A stretch of 63,081 nucleotides of DNA, filler included, from Octopus bimaculoides (GCF_001194135.2; 7 parts of 7 records of this genome joined end to end with filler, not necessarily neighbours in it); one strand, 5' to 3'. Counted from the first letter of the whole stretch, positions 40,133-51,925 are shown. Made by a program: numbers and translations. Notes: generated from the letters alone by a model not told the origin.

Positions 40133-40420
40133 CAAGGCCCGTTTTGGAATTGTTTTTATGGCTGGATGCCCTTCCTAATACCAACCACTCCACAGGGTGG
40201 ACTGAAAGCTTTTCACATGGTCCCAGCACAGGCGAGGTCAGTTTTGGCAGGGTTTTTACAGCTTGATGCCCTTCCAAATGCCAACCACCCCACAGAGTGG
40301 GCTGAGTGCTTTTTATGTGGCACCAGCACAAACAAGGTCAGTTTCGGCACAGTTTTTACAGCTGGATGCTCTTTTTAACAGCAACTACCCTGCACTGTGG
40401 GCTGAGTAGTTTTTATGTAC
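40133..40420 (-). repeat. Three tandem ~100-bp units of the family B GGAAGGGCATCCAGC module
   Basis: (C)TGGATGCCCTTCC..CAACCAC units start at ~40162, ~40262 and ~40362. Confidence 0.8.
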
Positions 40421-40424
40421 GTTG

Positions 40425-41310
40425 ATGGTTTAAGAAGTTCCGATCTGGTGACTTTACCCTTGAAAATCAGCCCTGTGGTAGACCTGAGGTGGATAATGAT
40501 GAGCTGGAAACTGTAGTAGAAGCGGATACATCTCAAACTATGCCTGAGTTAGCAGCAAGGTTTGATGCTTTGATTCCAACTGTATTGGACCATTTGAAGC
40601 AAATCGGCAAGGTAAAGAAACTGGACAAGTGGGTACCACACGAATTTAATGAGCATCAAACGACATGTCGTCTTGAAACTTGCTGTTCTTTACTGTCATG
40701 GCATAAAAGTGAACCATTTTTGCATTGTATTGTTACGTGTGATGAAAAATGGATTTTTTTTCAATAATAGAAAGCATTCTGCATGGTGGTTGAATAGAGA
40801 CAAAAGTGCCAAAACACAATCCAAAAGAGAACATTCACCAAAAACCCAAGTGCTGCCTGTTTGGTGGTCCAGCACTGGTGTCATCCACTACAGCTTCATG
40901 AGACTTGGGATGTCAATTACAGCGGATGTATACATCAACCATGGATGAAACGATGAACGAACTTGCAATTAAACAACGGAGATTGGTCAATAGAGACAGA
41001 CCAATTCTCTTGCAAGACAATGCTCGACCACATGTTGCACAAAGAACACTATTCAAGTTACAGGAACTGAACTTGGAAGTATTCTGTCGTCCACCACATT
41101 CACCAGACCTTGCACCAACTGACCATCATGTTTTCCAGGCATCAGACAACTTTTTGCAAGGAAAAAAACTTCAAATCTGAAGAAGATGCAAAAGCAGCCT
41201 TTCGTGATTTCATCACCTCTTGCTCTCAATAATTCTTCGCTGCTGGCATAAAGAAGCTACAGATAAAATGGCAAAATTCTGTTGATAATACAGGTGCATA
41301 CTTTGATTAA
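40425..41310 (+). pseudogene. Mariner (DD34D) transposase pseudogene, 5'-truncated and frameshifted
   Basis: WFKKFRSGDFTLE, WVPHEF, VTCDEKW (D 40741), LQDNARPH (D 41016), HSPDLAPTD (D 41121, 34 residues after the second D). Stop at 41308-41310. Confidence 0.95.
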
Positions 41311-43405
41311 CTGCATTGCTTCNNNNNNNNNNNNNNNNNNNNNNNNNNNNNNNNNNNNNNNNNNNNNNNNNNNNNNNNNNNNNNNNNNNNNNNNNNNNNN
41401 NNNNNNNNNNNNNNNNNNNNNNNNNNNNNNNNNNNNNNNNNNNNNNNNNNNNNNNNNNNNNNNNNNNNNNNNNNNNNNNNNNNNNNNNNNNNNNNNNNNN
41501 NNNNNNNNNNNNNNNNNNNNNNNNNNNNNNNNNNNNNNNNNNNNNNNNNNNNNNNNNNNNNNNNNNNNNNNNNNNNNNNNNNNNNNNNNNNNNNNNNNNN
41601 NNNNNNNNNNNNNNNNNNNNNNNNNNNNNNNNNNNNNNNNNNNNNNNNNNNNNNNNNNNNNNNNNNNNNNNNNNNNNNNNNNNNNNNNNNNNNNNNNNNN
41701 NNNNNNNNNNNNNNNNNNNNNNNNNNNNNNNNNNNNNNNNNNNNNNNNNNNNNNNNNNNNNNNNNNNNNNNNNNNNNNNNNNNNNNNNNNNNNNNNNNNN
41801 NNNNNNNNNNNNNNNNNNNNNNNNNNNNNNNNNNNNNNNNNNNNNNNNNNNNNNNNNNNNNNNNNNNNNNNNNNNNNNNNNNNNNNNNNNNNNNNNNNNN
41901 NNNNNNNNNNNNNNNNNNNNNNNNNNNNNNNNNNNNNNNNNNNNNNNNNNNNNNNNNNNNNNNNNNNNNNNNNNNNNNNNNNNNNNNNNNNNNNNNNNNN
42001 NNNNNNNNNNNNNNNNNNNNNNNNNNNNNNNNNNNNNNNNNNATATATATATATATATATATATACATATATACACACACACACACACACATACATACAA
42101 TACTACATCAATTTTTTGAAACCTTTGATTCCAAAGCCTTTCTAGATTCTTTATATGTGTGTGTGTGTGTGTGTGTGTGTATTTCCATGTTGAGTTTAAG
42201 ATGCCGAATGATTGGTTGGATTATTTTATCAGTCTCTTTTGCCGAACCACTAATTTACGGGGACGTAAACACAGACACACAAATATATATATATATACAT
42301 ATATACAACGGTCTTCTTTCAGTTTCCGTCAACCAAATCTACTCACAAGGCTTTGGTCGGCCCGAGGCTATAGTAGAAGACACTTGCTCAAGGGGCCACG
42401 CAGTGGGACTGAACCCGGAACCATGTGGTTGGTGAGCAAACTACTTACCACACAGCCACTCTTGCGCCTGTGATATATACATATTTTTTATATATATATA
42501 TATATATATGTGTGCACGCATGTGTGTGTATGTGAATGGATGTGTGTATTTGTATGGATGTGTATGTATACATGTGTGTGTGGACATATATGTATGTGTG
42601 TAAGNNNNNNNNNNNNNNNNNNNNNNNNNNNNNNNNNNNNNNNNNNNNNNNNNNNNNNNNNNNNNNNNNNNNNNNNNNNNNNNNNNNNNNNNNNNNNNNN
42701 NNNNNNNNNNNNNNNNNNNNNNNNNNNNNNNNNNNNNNNNNNNNNNNNNNNNNNNNNNNNNNNNNNNNNNNNNNNNNNNNNNNNNNNNNNNNNNNNNNNN
42801 NNNNNNNNNNNNNNNNNNNNNNNNNNNNNNNNNNNNNNNNNNNNNNNNNNNNNNNNNNNNNNNNNNNNNNNNNNNNNNNNNNNNNNNNNNNNNNNNNNNN
42901 NNNNNNNNNNNNNNNNNNNNNNNNNNNNNNNNNNNNNNNNNNNNNNNNNNNNNNNNNNNNNNNNNNNNNNNNNNNNNNNNNNNNNNNNNNNNNNNNNNNN
43001 NNNNNNNNNNNNNNNNNNNNNNNNNNNNNNNNNNNNNNNNNNNNNNNNNNNNNNNNNNNNNNNNNNNNNNNNNNNNNNNNNNNNNNNNNNNNNNNNNNNN
43101 NNNNNNNNNNNNNNNNNNNNNNNNNNNNNNNNNNNNNNNNNNNNNNNNNNNNNNNNNNNNNNNNNNNNNNNNNNNNNNNNNNNNNNNNNNNNNNNNNNNN
43201 NNNNNNNNNNNNNNNNNNNNNNNNNNNNNNNNNNNNNNNNNNNNNNNNNNNNNNNNNNNNNNNNNNNNNNNNNNNNNNNNNNNNNNNNNNNNNNNNNNNN
43301 NNNNNNNNNNNNNNNNNNNNNNNNNNNNNNNNNNNNNNNNNNNNGTCTTGGGGAAATTTCGAACCTGGGTTCTCATTCCTAACGATGTTACTATTATTAT
43401 ATTAT

Positions 43406-43701
43406 GCCACGGGCATATGGCGTAGTGGTTAAGAGCGCAGGCTACTAACCCCAAGATTCTGAGTTCGATTCACGGCAGCGACCTGATTAATAATAATAAT
43501 AGTAATAATAATATAATAATAGTAACATCGTTAGGAATGAGAACCCAGGTTCGAAATTTCCCCCAAGACACCTGACGAAGGCTGGAGGGTATATCAGCCG
43601 AAACGTTGTGTTAACAACAAACAAGATGAGGACAAATATCCGTTGAATGTAAATAATGTAAATAATGTAAATAATTCCTCATCTCTTAAATATAGAACTG
43701 T
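43406..43701 (+). mobile_element. tRNA-headed, hammerhead-bearing SINE-like element, copy 2, preceded by an inverted partial copy (43345-43405)
   Basis: A box TGGCGTAGTGG, anticodon-like loop CTACTAA, B box GAGTTCGATTC, (AAT)n, body with a hammerhead core, and the same 3' end as 39191-39489. Confidence 0.82.
43567..43612 (+). ncRNA. Minimal type I hammerhead ribozyme motif, core intact
   Basis: GACAC-CUGACGA-A-GGCUG[GAGGGUAUAU]CAGCC-GAAA-C-GUU-GUGUU. Stem I is 5 bp, stem II is 5 bp, and stem III is the loopless palindrome AACGUU. Confidence 0.78.
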
Positions 43702-44224
43702 ATCACTTTTATTGTTATCAATCCCATAATTCCTCAAAAGTTGCATCGATACCATTGTCAACATCATCATCATCAGCATCACAACAACAACAACAATAAT
43801 CATTGTCAACACCATCATGAAAGTCGTAACCGTTGCCAATACTACCACCACAACAATAACTAACATAATCACCGCCACTACCACCTGTACTACAACTAAC
43901 ATCACCACTACAACCACCGCTGCCACCACTACTACAACTACCACCACCACCATCAACATTACTATTACAATTGTCAACATCACCACCACCACCACTACAA
44001 CTACCACCTGTACTGCAACTAACACCACCACTACCACCACCACAATGGCTACTACCACCTCAATAGCAGCAACAACAACAAAACTATCACCACCATTGTC
44101 CTTGTCACTCATACAATTACTACCTCTACTACGACTACCACCATCACTGTCACAACCACTACGACCACAGCAGCAGCTGTAACCACCACCACCACCACCA
44201 CCACCACCATCATCATTGTCATGT

Positions 44225-44770
44225 ATTTACCGGACGCCCACCACTGTAAAAGTTCAGTAGACTGAAATTACATGATGAGGGAGTTTCAGCATCCTTAACA
44301 GATGGTTCCCTTCTTCTCTGATATAGGTGTGTGCTTTCTTTTATGCACCTGCATTTATAAGAGGACCTTTGAAGGCTAATGCATCAGTATTTGGCATACA
44401 AACAAGACGTCCACATTAAGCTGGATCTAAAGTTTATATTCTAGTGCTAAAACTGCTTCCATCCTTAAAACTTATTCTTAAAACTTATTCTGACTAATTG
44501 TGACATCAAACTGAGAAGACAGGGAATTCTATATGTTGTGGTGGTGAGATTTGGCTGGTACGCAGTTACTGGATGCCTACCACTGAAGAAGTCCAGTAGA
44601 CTGAAATTACGTGATATGGGAGCTTCAGCGCCCATAACAGATGGTTCTCATCTGCTGTGATATATGTCTGCTTTTAAGCACCATGCCCCAATGAGAGGAC
44701 CTCTGAAGGCTTATATTGCAGTATTTGGCGTTCTAACAATGCATCCTTACTAAGTTGGATATAAAGATTG
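44225..44770 (+). repeat. Diverged tandem duplication (~210-bp block, 339-bp spacing), each unit with a hammerhead-like motif
   Basis: CCACTG.A.AAGT.CAGTAGACTGAAATTAC.TGAT..GGGAG.TTCAGC.CC.TAACAGATGGTTC occurs at ~44241 and ~44580. Confidence 0.8.
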
Positions 44771-46006
44771 TCTTTGATATTAATGTTGCTTCTGTCATTA
44801 ATTATTCTTTGATAAGCTTGCTGGCTAACTGACTGCCTTAATGATAATAATAACAACAACAACAACAAAAACAAGAACATTCAGAGAGCGTGGACCTCCG
44901 CCAAAGCAACACCAACGTCCTCTCAACGATCAGCCAGAGATGATATTTAAAATGAGAATATCTGAAATGAACTCGACTGCTCTCACTAACGAGAATACTA
45001 AAAATGAACCTGACAGCTCTCAAAAATTAAGATGTTGGGAGGGACAAACACAGACACACAAACATATAGATACGACGGTCTTCTTTCAGTTTCCCTCTAC
45101 CAAATCCACTCACAAGGCTTTGGTCGGCCCGAGGCTATAGTAGAAGACACTTGCCAAAGGTGCCACGCATATTGGTTTTTCTTTTTTTCTCTCGCTGAAC
45201 TGTGAAGTTACAAGGACGTAAACACACCAGCATTGGTTGTCAAGCAGTGGAGGTGGGGGAGACAGAGAGAGAGAAAGACACATGCACACACGATGGGCTT
45301 CTTTCAGTTTCCATCTATCACATCCACTCACAATGCTTCGGTCAGCCCAAGACACCTGCCGCACAGTGGTATTGAACCCAGAACCATGTGGTTGGGAAGC
45401 TAACTTCTTACCACACAGCCACACCTGTGCCTATGTAACTACATTTTCCTCTATCCATCTCCAAACACATATATCTAACCCATTCCAGCATAGAAAGCGG
45501 ACGTTAAAGGACGGTGAGGATGAGGACGATCCATTCACACCTTTATCTACCTGTACAAACTGACATTCATACACACGCATTCATATTTACACCTATACTT
45601 TTATCCACACCCAAACACATACATTTATCCACATACAAGCACATACACACGCATACATATATATATATATATATATATAAAAACACGCATACATGTATGC
45701 ATATACATACAAACGTATATGCATATACCTACACACACGCGCATATATATACACACATGCACATATATATAGATATATATGCATACATACATGCATATAA
45801 ATACACATACATGTATTCATATACACGCATTTATTCATATATAAACTAAAACAGGAACAAACATATACGCATGCATGTATATACATGTATATAGATATAC
45901 ACATACATACCTTCATCCAATCCTACATACACTGCAACATGTGCATGCACACACACACACACACACACAATGCACACATTTATACATTCCTACACATGCA
46001 TACAGC

Positions 46007-46037
<31 letters not shown>

Positions 46038-47004
46038 ATGTAAACATACATTCATATAAAAAAAAAGGAGAAAAAAAAGAAACAGAGGTGAGAGATAGTG
46101 ATGGTGGGGCCGGAGANNNNNNNNNNNNNNNNNNNNNNNNNNNNNNNNNNNNNNNNNNNNNNNNNNNNNNNNNNNNNNNNNNNNNNNNNNNNNNNNNNNN
46201 NNNNNNNNNNNNNNNNNNNNNNNNNNNNNNNNNNNNNNNNNNNNNNNNNNNNNNNNNNNNNNNNNNNNNNNNNNNNNNNNNNNNNNNNNNNNNNNNNNNN
46301 NNNNNNNNNNNNNNNNNNNNNNNNNNNNNNNNNNNNNNNNNNNNNNNNNNNNNNNNNNNNNNNNNNNNNNNNNNNNNNNNNNNNNNNNNNNNNNNNNNNN
46401 NNNNNNNNNNNNNNNNNNNNNNNNNNNNNNNNNNNNNNNNNNNNNNNNNNNNNNNNNNNNNNNNNNNNNNNNNNNNNNNNNNNNNNNNNNNNNNNNNNNN
46501 NNNNNNNNNNNNNNNNNNNNNNNNNNNNNNNNNNNNNNNNNNNNNNNNNNNNNNNNNNNNNNNNNNNNNNNNNNNNNNNNNNNNNNNNNNNNNNNNNNNN
46601 NNNNNNNNNNNNNNNNNNNNNNNNNNNNNNNNNNNNNNNNNNNNNNNNNNNNNNNNNNNNNNNNNNNNNNNNNNNNNNNNNNNNNNNNNNNNNNNNNNNN
46701 NNNNNNNNNNNNNNNNNNNNNNNNNNNNNNNNNNNNNNNNNNNNNNNNNNNNNNNNNNNNNNNNNNNNNNNNNNNNNNNNNNNNNNNNNNNNNNNNNNNN
46801 NNNNNNNNNNNNNNNNNNNNNNNNNNNNNNNNNNNNNNNNNNNNNNNNNNNNNNNNNNNNNNNNNNNNNNNNNNNNNNNNNNNNNNNNNNNNNNNNNNNN
46901 NNNNNNNNNNNNNNNNNNNNNNNNNNNNNNNNNNNNNNNNNNNNNNNNNNNNNNNNNNNNNNNNNNNNNNNNNNNNNNNNNNNNNNNNNNNNNNNNATAT
47001 ATAT

Positions 47005-47326
47005 GAAGGTACGTGGCTTAGTGGTTAGGGTATTTGGATCATGTCCATACGGTCGTGAGTTCAATTCCTTTGAACTCATTGTGTCCTTGAGCAAGACACT
47101 TTATTTCACTTTGCTCCATTCCATTCAGCTGGCAAAAATGAGATGTACCTGTAATTCAAAGGGGCCAGCCTTGTCACACTCTGTGTCATGCTGAATCTCC
47201 CAGAGAACTACATTAAGGGTACACGTGTCTGTGGAGTGCTCAGCCACTTGCACGTTAATTTCACGAGCCAGGCTGTTCCGTTGATCGGATCAACTNNNNN
47301 NNNNNCGTCGTAACCGACGGAGCACC
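47005..47326 (+). mobile_element. Family C head/core with a third tail type; the tail alone also at ~4203-4328(+), 33545-33640(+), 60400-60530(-)
   Basis: GTGGCTTAGTGGTTAGG..GAGTTCAATTCC..GTGTCCTTGAGCAAGACACTTTATTTC, then GAGAACTAC.TTAAG.GTACACGTGTCTGTGGAGTGCTCAGCCACTTGCA..GATCAACT. Confidence 0.8.
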
Positions 47327-47649
47327 ATTTTTTTTTTTTTTTTTGTACATTTCTTAGTATAGTTTGGCAAAAGAGATCAATAGAATAAATACTAGGCTTA
47401 AAAATGGAAACACAGATGGTGATCTATTCAACTAAATTCTTCAAGGCAGAACCCCCATCATGGCAGCAATACAATGACTGATACAGGTGTGTGTGTGTGT
47501 GTGCGCGCACACGGAAAGAAAAATCACTGATGTGTGGAAACTGTCAGTGTATGATGAAGATGTTGCACTTTGGTATTCTCACCCTAAACTCGAAAAGGAT
47601 GATGGTGATGATTTTAACATGAAGTGTAACCGTTCTTGAATGATTCAGA

Positions 47650-47905
47650 AGTGTTACATCACATCACAACGCATCACATTTGAGAAACATTATGTTTTTG
47701 CAATCCAAGAGCAAGAGGCAGCTTTGAAATAGGTTAATGAACAAAAGACATGGTTAAAGCCTCTTAAACACTCTGCAAGATGGCGCCAAAAATATGGATT
47801 CGGTCACGCTTCAGTGGAAGACGTTTTGAGTACACACGTGAGGTAGCTACGAAGATTCTGCCTCGCGATATGTGGTGGAAATGTTGCTAAAACAATATCC
47901 AAGAA
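47650..47905 (+). mobile_element. Highly decayed R4/Dong-clade fragment (pre-knuckle region)
   Basis: HYVFAIQEQEAALK..VEDV..NVAKTI parallels AFAIQEQEIATK..MEDITHV..VVAKTI of the 15960-17765 copy. Confidence 0.65.
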
Positions 47906-48359
47906 AGGTAGTAAGAAAGACTCTTGAGATCATCATCATAATCATCATCATCATTTAAAGTCCATTGTCCATGCTGGCATGGGTTGGATGGTTTGACCAA
48001 GGCTGGTAAGCTGAGGGGTTGCAGCAGACCCCAGTCTGATTTGGTATGGTTTCTATAGCTGGATGCCCTTCCTAACTCCAACCACTCTGAGAGTGTAATG
48101 GGTGCTTTTACATGCCACTGGCACAGGTGCCATTTGCATGACACCAAAATCTGCCACAACTATGATTCCACTTAGTTTGATGGGTCTTCTTCTCAAGCAT
48201 GGCATATTGTCAGAGGTCTCGGTCATTTGTCATTGCCCCCATGAGGGAAATTTCGGAACTATTTCTGTTGTTGAATACACACATTTCAACAGATTAGCAG
48301 TAAATCTACAGAATCAGCTGAACAACAGATGAAAATAAACAAAATGGCTAAATGCATCA

Positions 48360-48605
48360 ATGAGGAAAACCTTTATCGTCCACTCATCAACTATCTGTTT
48401 TAAGCTATACAAGGTTATGGTATGTCCATAACCCTCCAGCCTTGAACCCCCCAGTCTTGTCCAGAATATTGATCTACTAGAACCTGTCCAAAATATTGAT
48501 CCAAAACATTGATCTACTAGATCCAAAATATTGATCTACTAGAAACATTGATTTACTAGAACCTGTCCAAAGACATGTAACCAGACGAATACCCTCTGTC
48601 AATCA
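48360..48605 (+). mobile_element. CR1/L2-type LINE RT C-terminal fragment with internal short duplications
   Basis: MRKTF..FKLYKVMVCP..QNIDLLEPVQRHVTRRIPSV resembles the CR1-clade pattern LYKxLVRPHLEY..DIDLLExVQRRATR. ATTGATCTACTAGA is repeated ~4 times at 48465-48570. Confidence 0.65.
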
Positions 48606-48973
48606 TCATATTTTAAATGTATCGCTTCCCTGACACAGTAACGTGTTCACATCCGGCAGCCGATTTGGCAGAAGCCTGTACAATTATCTCTAATCTTTCC
48701 AACAACTTCAGCCATCTTTCTGAATTCAATACCTCTCTCTCACCAGTGGACATTTCTTTTTTTTTGGCACTTGTTTCGGTCATTTGACTTTGGCCATGCT
48801 GGAGCATCACCTTCAAGAATATTTTTTTCCGTTATGTAGTCAAATAAATCGACATCTGTAATCATTATTTCTTTAAGCCTGGTACTTATTCTATCGATCT
48901 TTCTTGCTGAACTGCTAGGTTACAGAGACACAAACACACCAACACCAACTGAGGGACAAACACAAAGGCGCAC

Positions 48974-49016
<43 letters not shown>

Positions 49017-49475
49017 CGATGGGCTTCTTTCAGTTTCTATCTTTCAAATTCATTCACAAAGCTTTGGTCCACCTGAGGATATAGCAGAAGACACTTGCCC
49101 AAGGTTCCACGTAGTGGGACTGAACCTGCATCAAGTGGTTAGGAAGCAAACTGCTTACTATGCGGCCATGCCTACATCTGTATGTGTATGTAATCTCTCT
49201 CTCTACATATATACATATATATAAAGATATATATATATATATATATATACAAACACACACACACATGCAATAGGTGTACTATAACTTTAGATGTATACCA
49301 GTAATTTTCTGGGTCACTAGTGTGTGTAACTAATTGGCTCTTGAGAAAGCTGGGCTTTACAAAGCCAGAAAGGACATGGCTAATTAAGGAATTATACTTG
49401 CAAGCTGTTAAGGGAACTGTGAAGACATGTGAAACATGCCAAAAATTTAGCACCTGTTCCATATATATATATACA

Positions 49476-49518
<43 letters not shown>

Positions 49519-49751
49519 ATGCATGTATATATATATATATTTATAAATACACATGGGCATACACTCATATACAGATGTACATACATCCATACATACATAT
49601 ATATAGATATATACATACACAGAAATACATGCACACACACATGAACAAGTGTGTCTAAATGCATGAGCACCTGCACACATACATACAAACACATCTATAC
49701 ATACATGCATTCATATAATAATGTACACACACAAACATATACACACATACA

Positions 49752-49805
<54 letters not shown>

Positions 49806-50136
49806 CATATACTTGGACTCATACATATTTACATACACACCTGCATGCGTACCTACATACATATGCACACACAACCTTGTCTAGCTGCTTCCAGTAATAA
49901 CAGCAAAGTGACTGAAAGTTGCAACGAGCATGGCATATTTCTGGCAGACACCAATCTGCACCCATCCCATTCCACCATTATCTTCACTCATGAACATCAG
50001 ATTTGCAGGAAAAACAAACAAAAAACAAACAAACAAACAAAATAACCCATGAAATATTGCAGTTTTTTGAGAAAGAACAAAGCAAACAGACTTACAACCT
50101 CCCAAACCAATTCCTTAGCAGGATTAGTGTGTGCGT

Positions 50137-50171
<35 letters not shown>

Positions 50172-50488
50172 TTAATGTCAGTTTTCCATGCTGGTATGGG
50201 TTGGACAGCTTGAACAGGAATTGGCAAGGCTGGATGGGGTCACACTTGGTTCTGTTTGTCACTTCTTGGAATGGTTTCTATGGCCGGATGCTCTTCCTAA
50301 TGCCAACCCACTTTACAGGCTGGACTGAGCGTCTTGATCACGTTCGGATGGTGCTTTTTACAGTCTACTGGCACACGGGGAGCCAGTTAGGCGGTACTTG
50401 CAATGCCCCACGCATGAATGGTGCTTATTGCGTGCCACCAGCACAGGAGCCAGTCAGGTAGCACTGGCATCGGCCACAACTACAATTA

Positions 50489-50524
<36 letters not shown>

Positions 50525-50570
50525 AAAACAATAGATGGATAAGGTCATGACCTTATCCATCTATTGTTTT
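50525..50570. repeat. Perfect 46-bp loopless palindrome
   Basis: AAAACAATAGATGGATAAGGTCA followed by TGACCTTATCCATCTATTGTTTT. Confidence 0.95.
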
Positions 50571-50614
50571 CATACTCGGTCATAATGTCTTACGTTTAAG
50601 ATGATTCCCATGCT

Positions 50615-50698
50615 TTCCCTGATGAGAAGGTTACAATTTTAATATCAAAGATCCCTATGGATCACACAGGTTGTAATCCTTTGAAACATATGTAGGAA
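50615..50698 (+). ncRNA. Type I hammerhead ribozyme motif, near-intact
   Basis: UUCC-CUGAUGA-GAAGGUUACAA[..GAUCC CUAU GGAUC..]UUGUAAUCCUUU-GAAA-CA[UA]UGU-A-GGAA. GUA cleavage triplet at 50692-50694. Confidence 0.8.
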
Positions 50699-51925
50699 TA
50701 AAGTATGCAATTATAACATNNNNNNNNNNNNNNNNNNNNNNNNNNNNNNNNNNNNNNNNNNNNNNNNNNNNNNNNNNNNNNNNNNNNNNNNNNNNNNNNN
50801 NNNNNNNNNNNNNNNNNNNNNNNNNNNNNNNNNNNNNNNNNNNNNNNNNNNNNNNNNNNNNNNNNNNNNNNNNNNNNNNNNNNNNNNNNNNNNNNNNNNN
50901 NNNNNNNNNNNNNNNNNNNNNNNNNNNNNNNNNNNNNNNNNNNNNNNNNNNNNNNNNNNNNNNNNNNNNNNNNNNNNNNNNNNNNNNNNNNNNNNNNNNN
51001 NNNNNNNNNNNNNNNNNNNNNNNNNNNNNNNNNNNNNNNNNNNNNNNNNNNNNNNNNNNNNNNNNNNNNNNNNNNNNNNNNNNNNNNNNNNNNNNNNNNN
51101 NNNNNNNNNNNNNNNNNNNNNNNNNNNNNNNNNNNNNNNNNNNNNNNNNNNNNNNNNNNNNNNNNNNNNNNNNNNNNNNNNNNNNNNNNNNNNNNNNNNN
51201 NNNNNNNNNNNNNNNNNNNNNNNNNNNNNNNNNNNNNNNNNNNNNNNNNNNNNNNNNNNNNNNNNNNNNNNNNNNNNNNNNNNNNNNNNNNNNNNNNNNN
51301 NNNNNNNNNNNNNNNNNNNNNNNNNNNNNNNNNNNNNNNNNNNNNNNNNNNNNNNNNNNNNNNNNNNNNNNNNNNNNNNNNNNNNNNNNNNNNNNNNNNN
51401 NNNNNNNNNCATTCATCTTTTTTTTTTTTTATCTTTTACTTGTTTCAGACTGTGGCCATGCTGGGGCACCACATTAAATAATTTTAGTTGAACAAATAAC
51501 ACCGCTAACTTTTATGTTTTCAAGTCTGGTACTTGCTCTACAGATTTTTTACTGAACTACTAAACTACAGAGATGCAAACAAACCAACACCGGTTGTCAA
51601 GTGGTGGTGGGGACAAACATACATACACACACACAAGCTTCTTTCAGTTTCCATCTACTAAATCCACTCCCAGAGCTTTGGTGGGCCCAAGGCTTGCCCA
51701 AGGTGCCGTGCAGTAGAACCGAACCCCAAAAACCATGAGGCTGCGAAGCAAACTTCTTACCACAAAGATATGCCGGCATCTATGTTAACTGAATAATTAA
51801 ATCGAGTCAAAAAACGTAGGGGAGACAACCCTGGAATTAACAATTAATCAAATTTATAATTGAGTAGAAATAAACTACATATGTGATCAAGGAGTGAGTC
51901 TGATCTACGGCAGTAAGGGGAGAAA

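Noticed and set aside
43594-44220. Thr-rich (mucin-like) and Val-rich ORFs; similar at 52120-52489
   Set aside because: These are degenerate CAA/CAC/CAT trinucleotide tracts that are open on both strands, with no domain or splice support.
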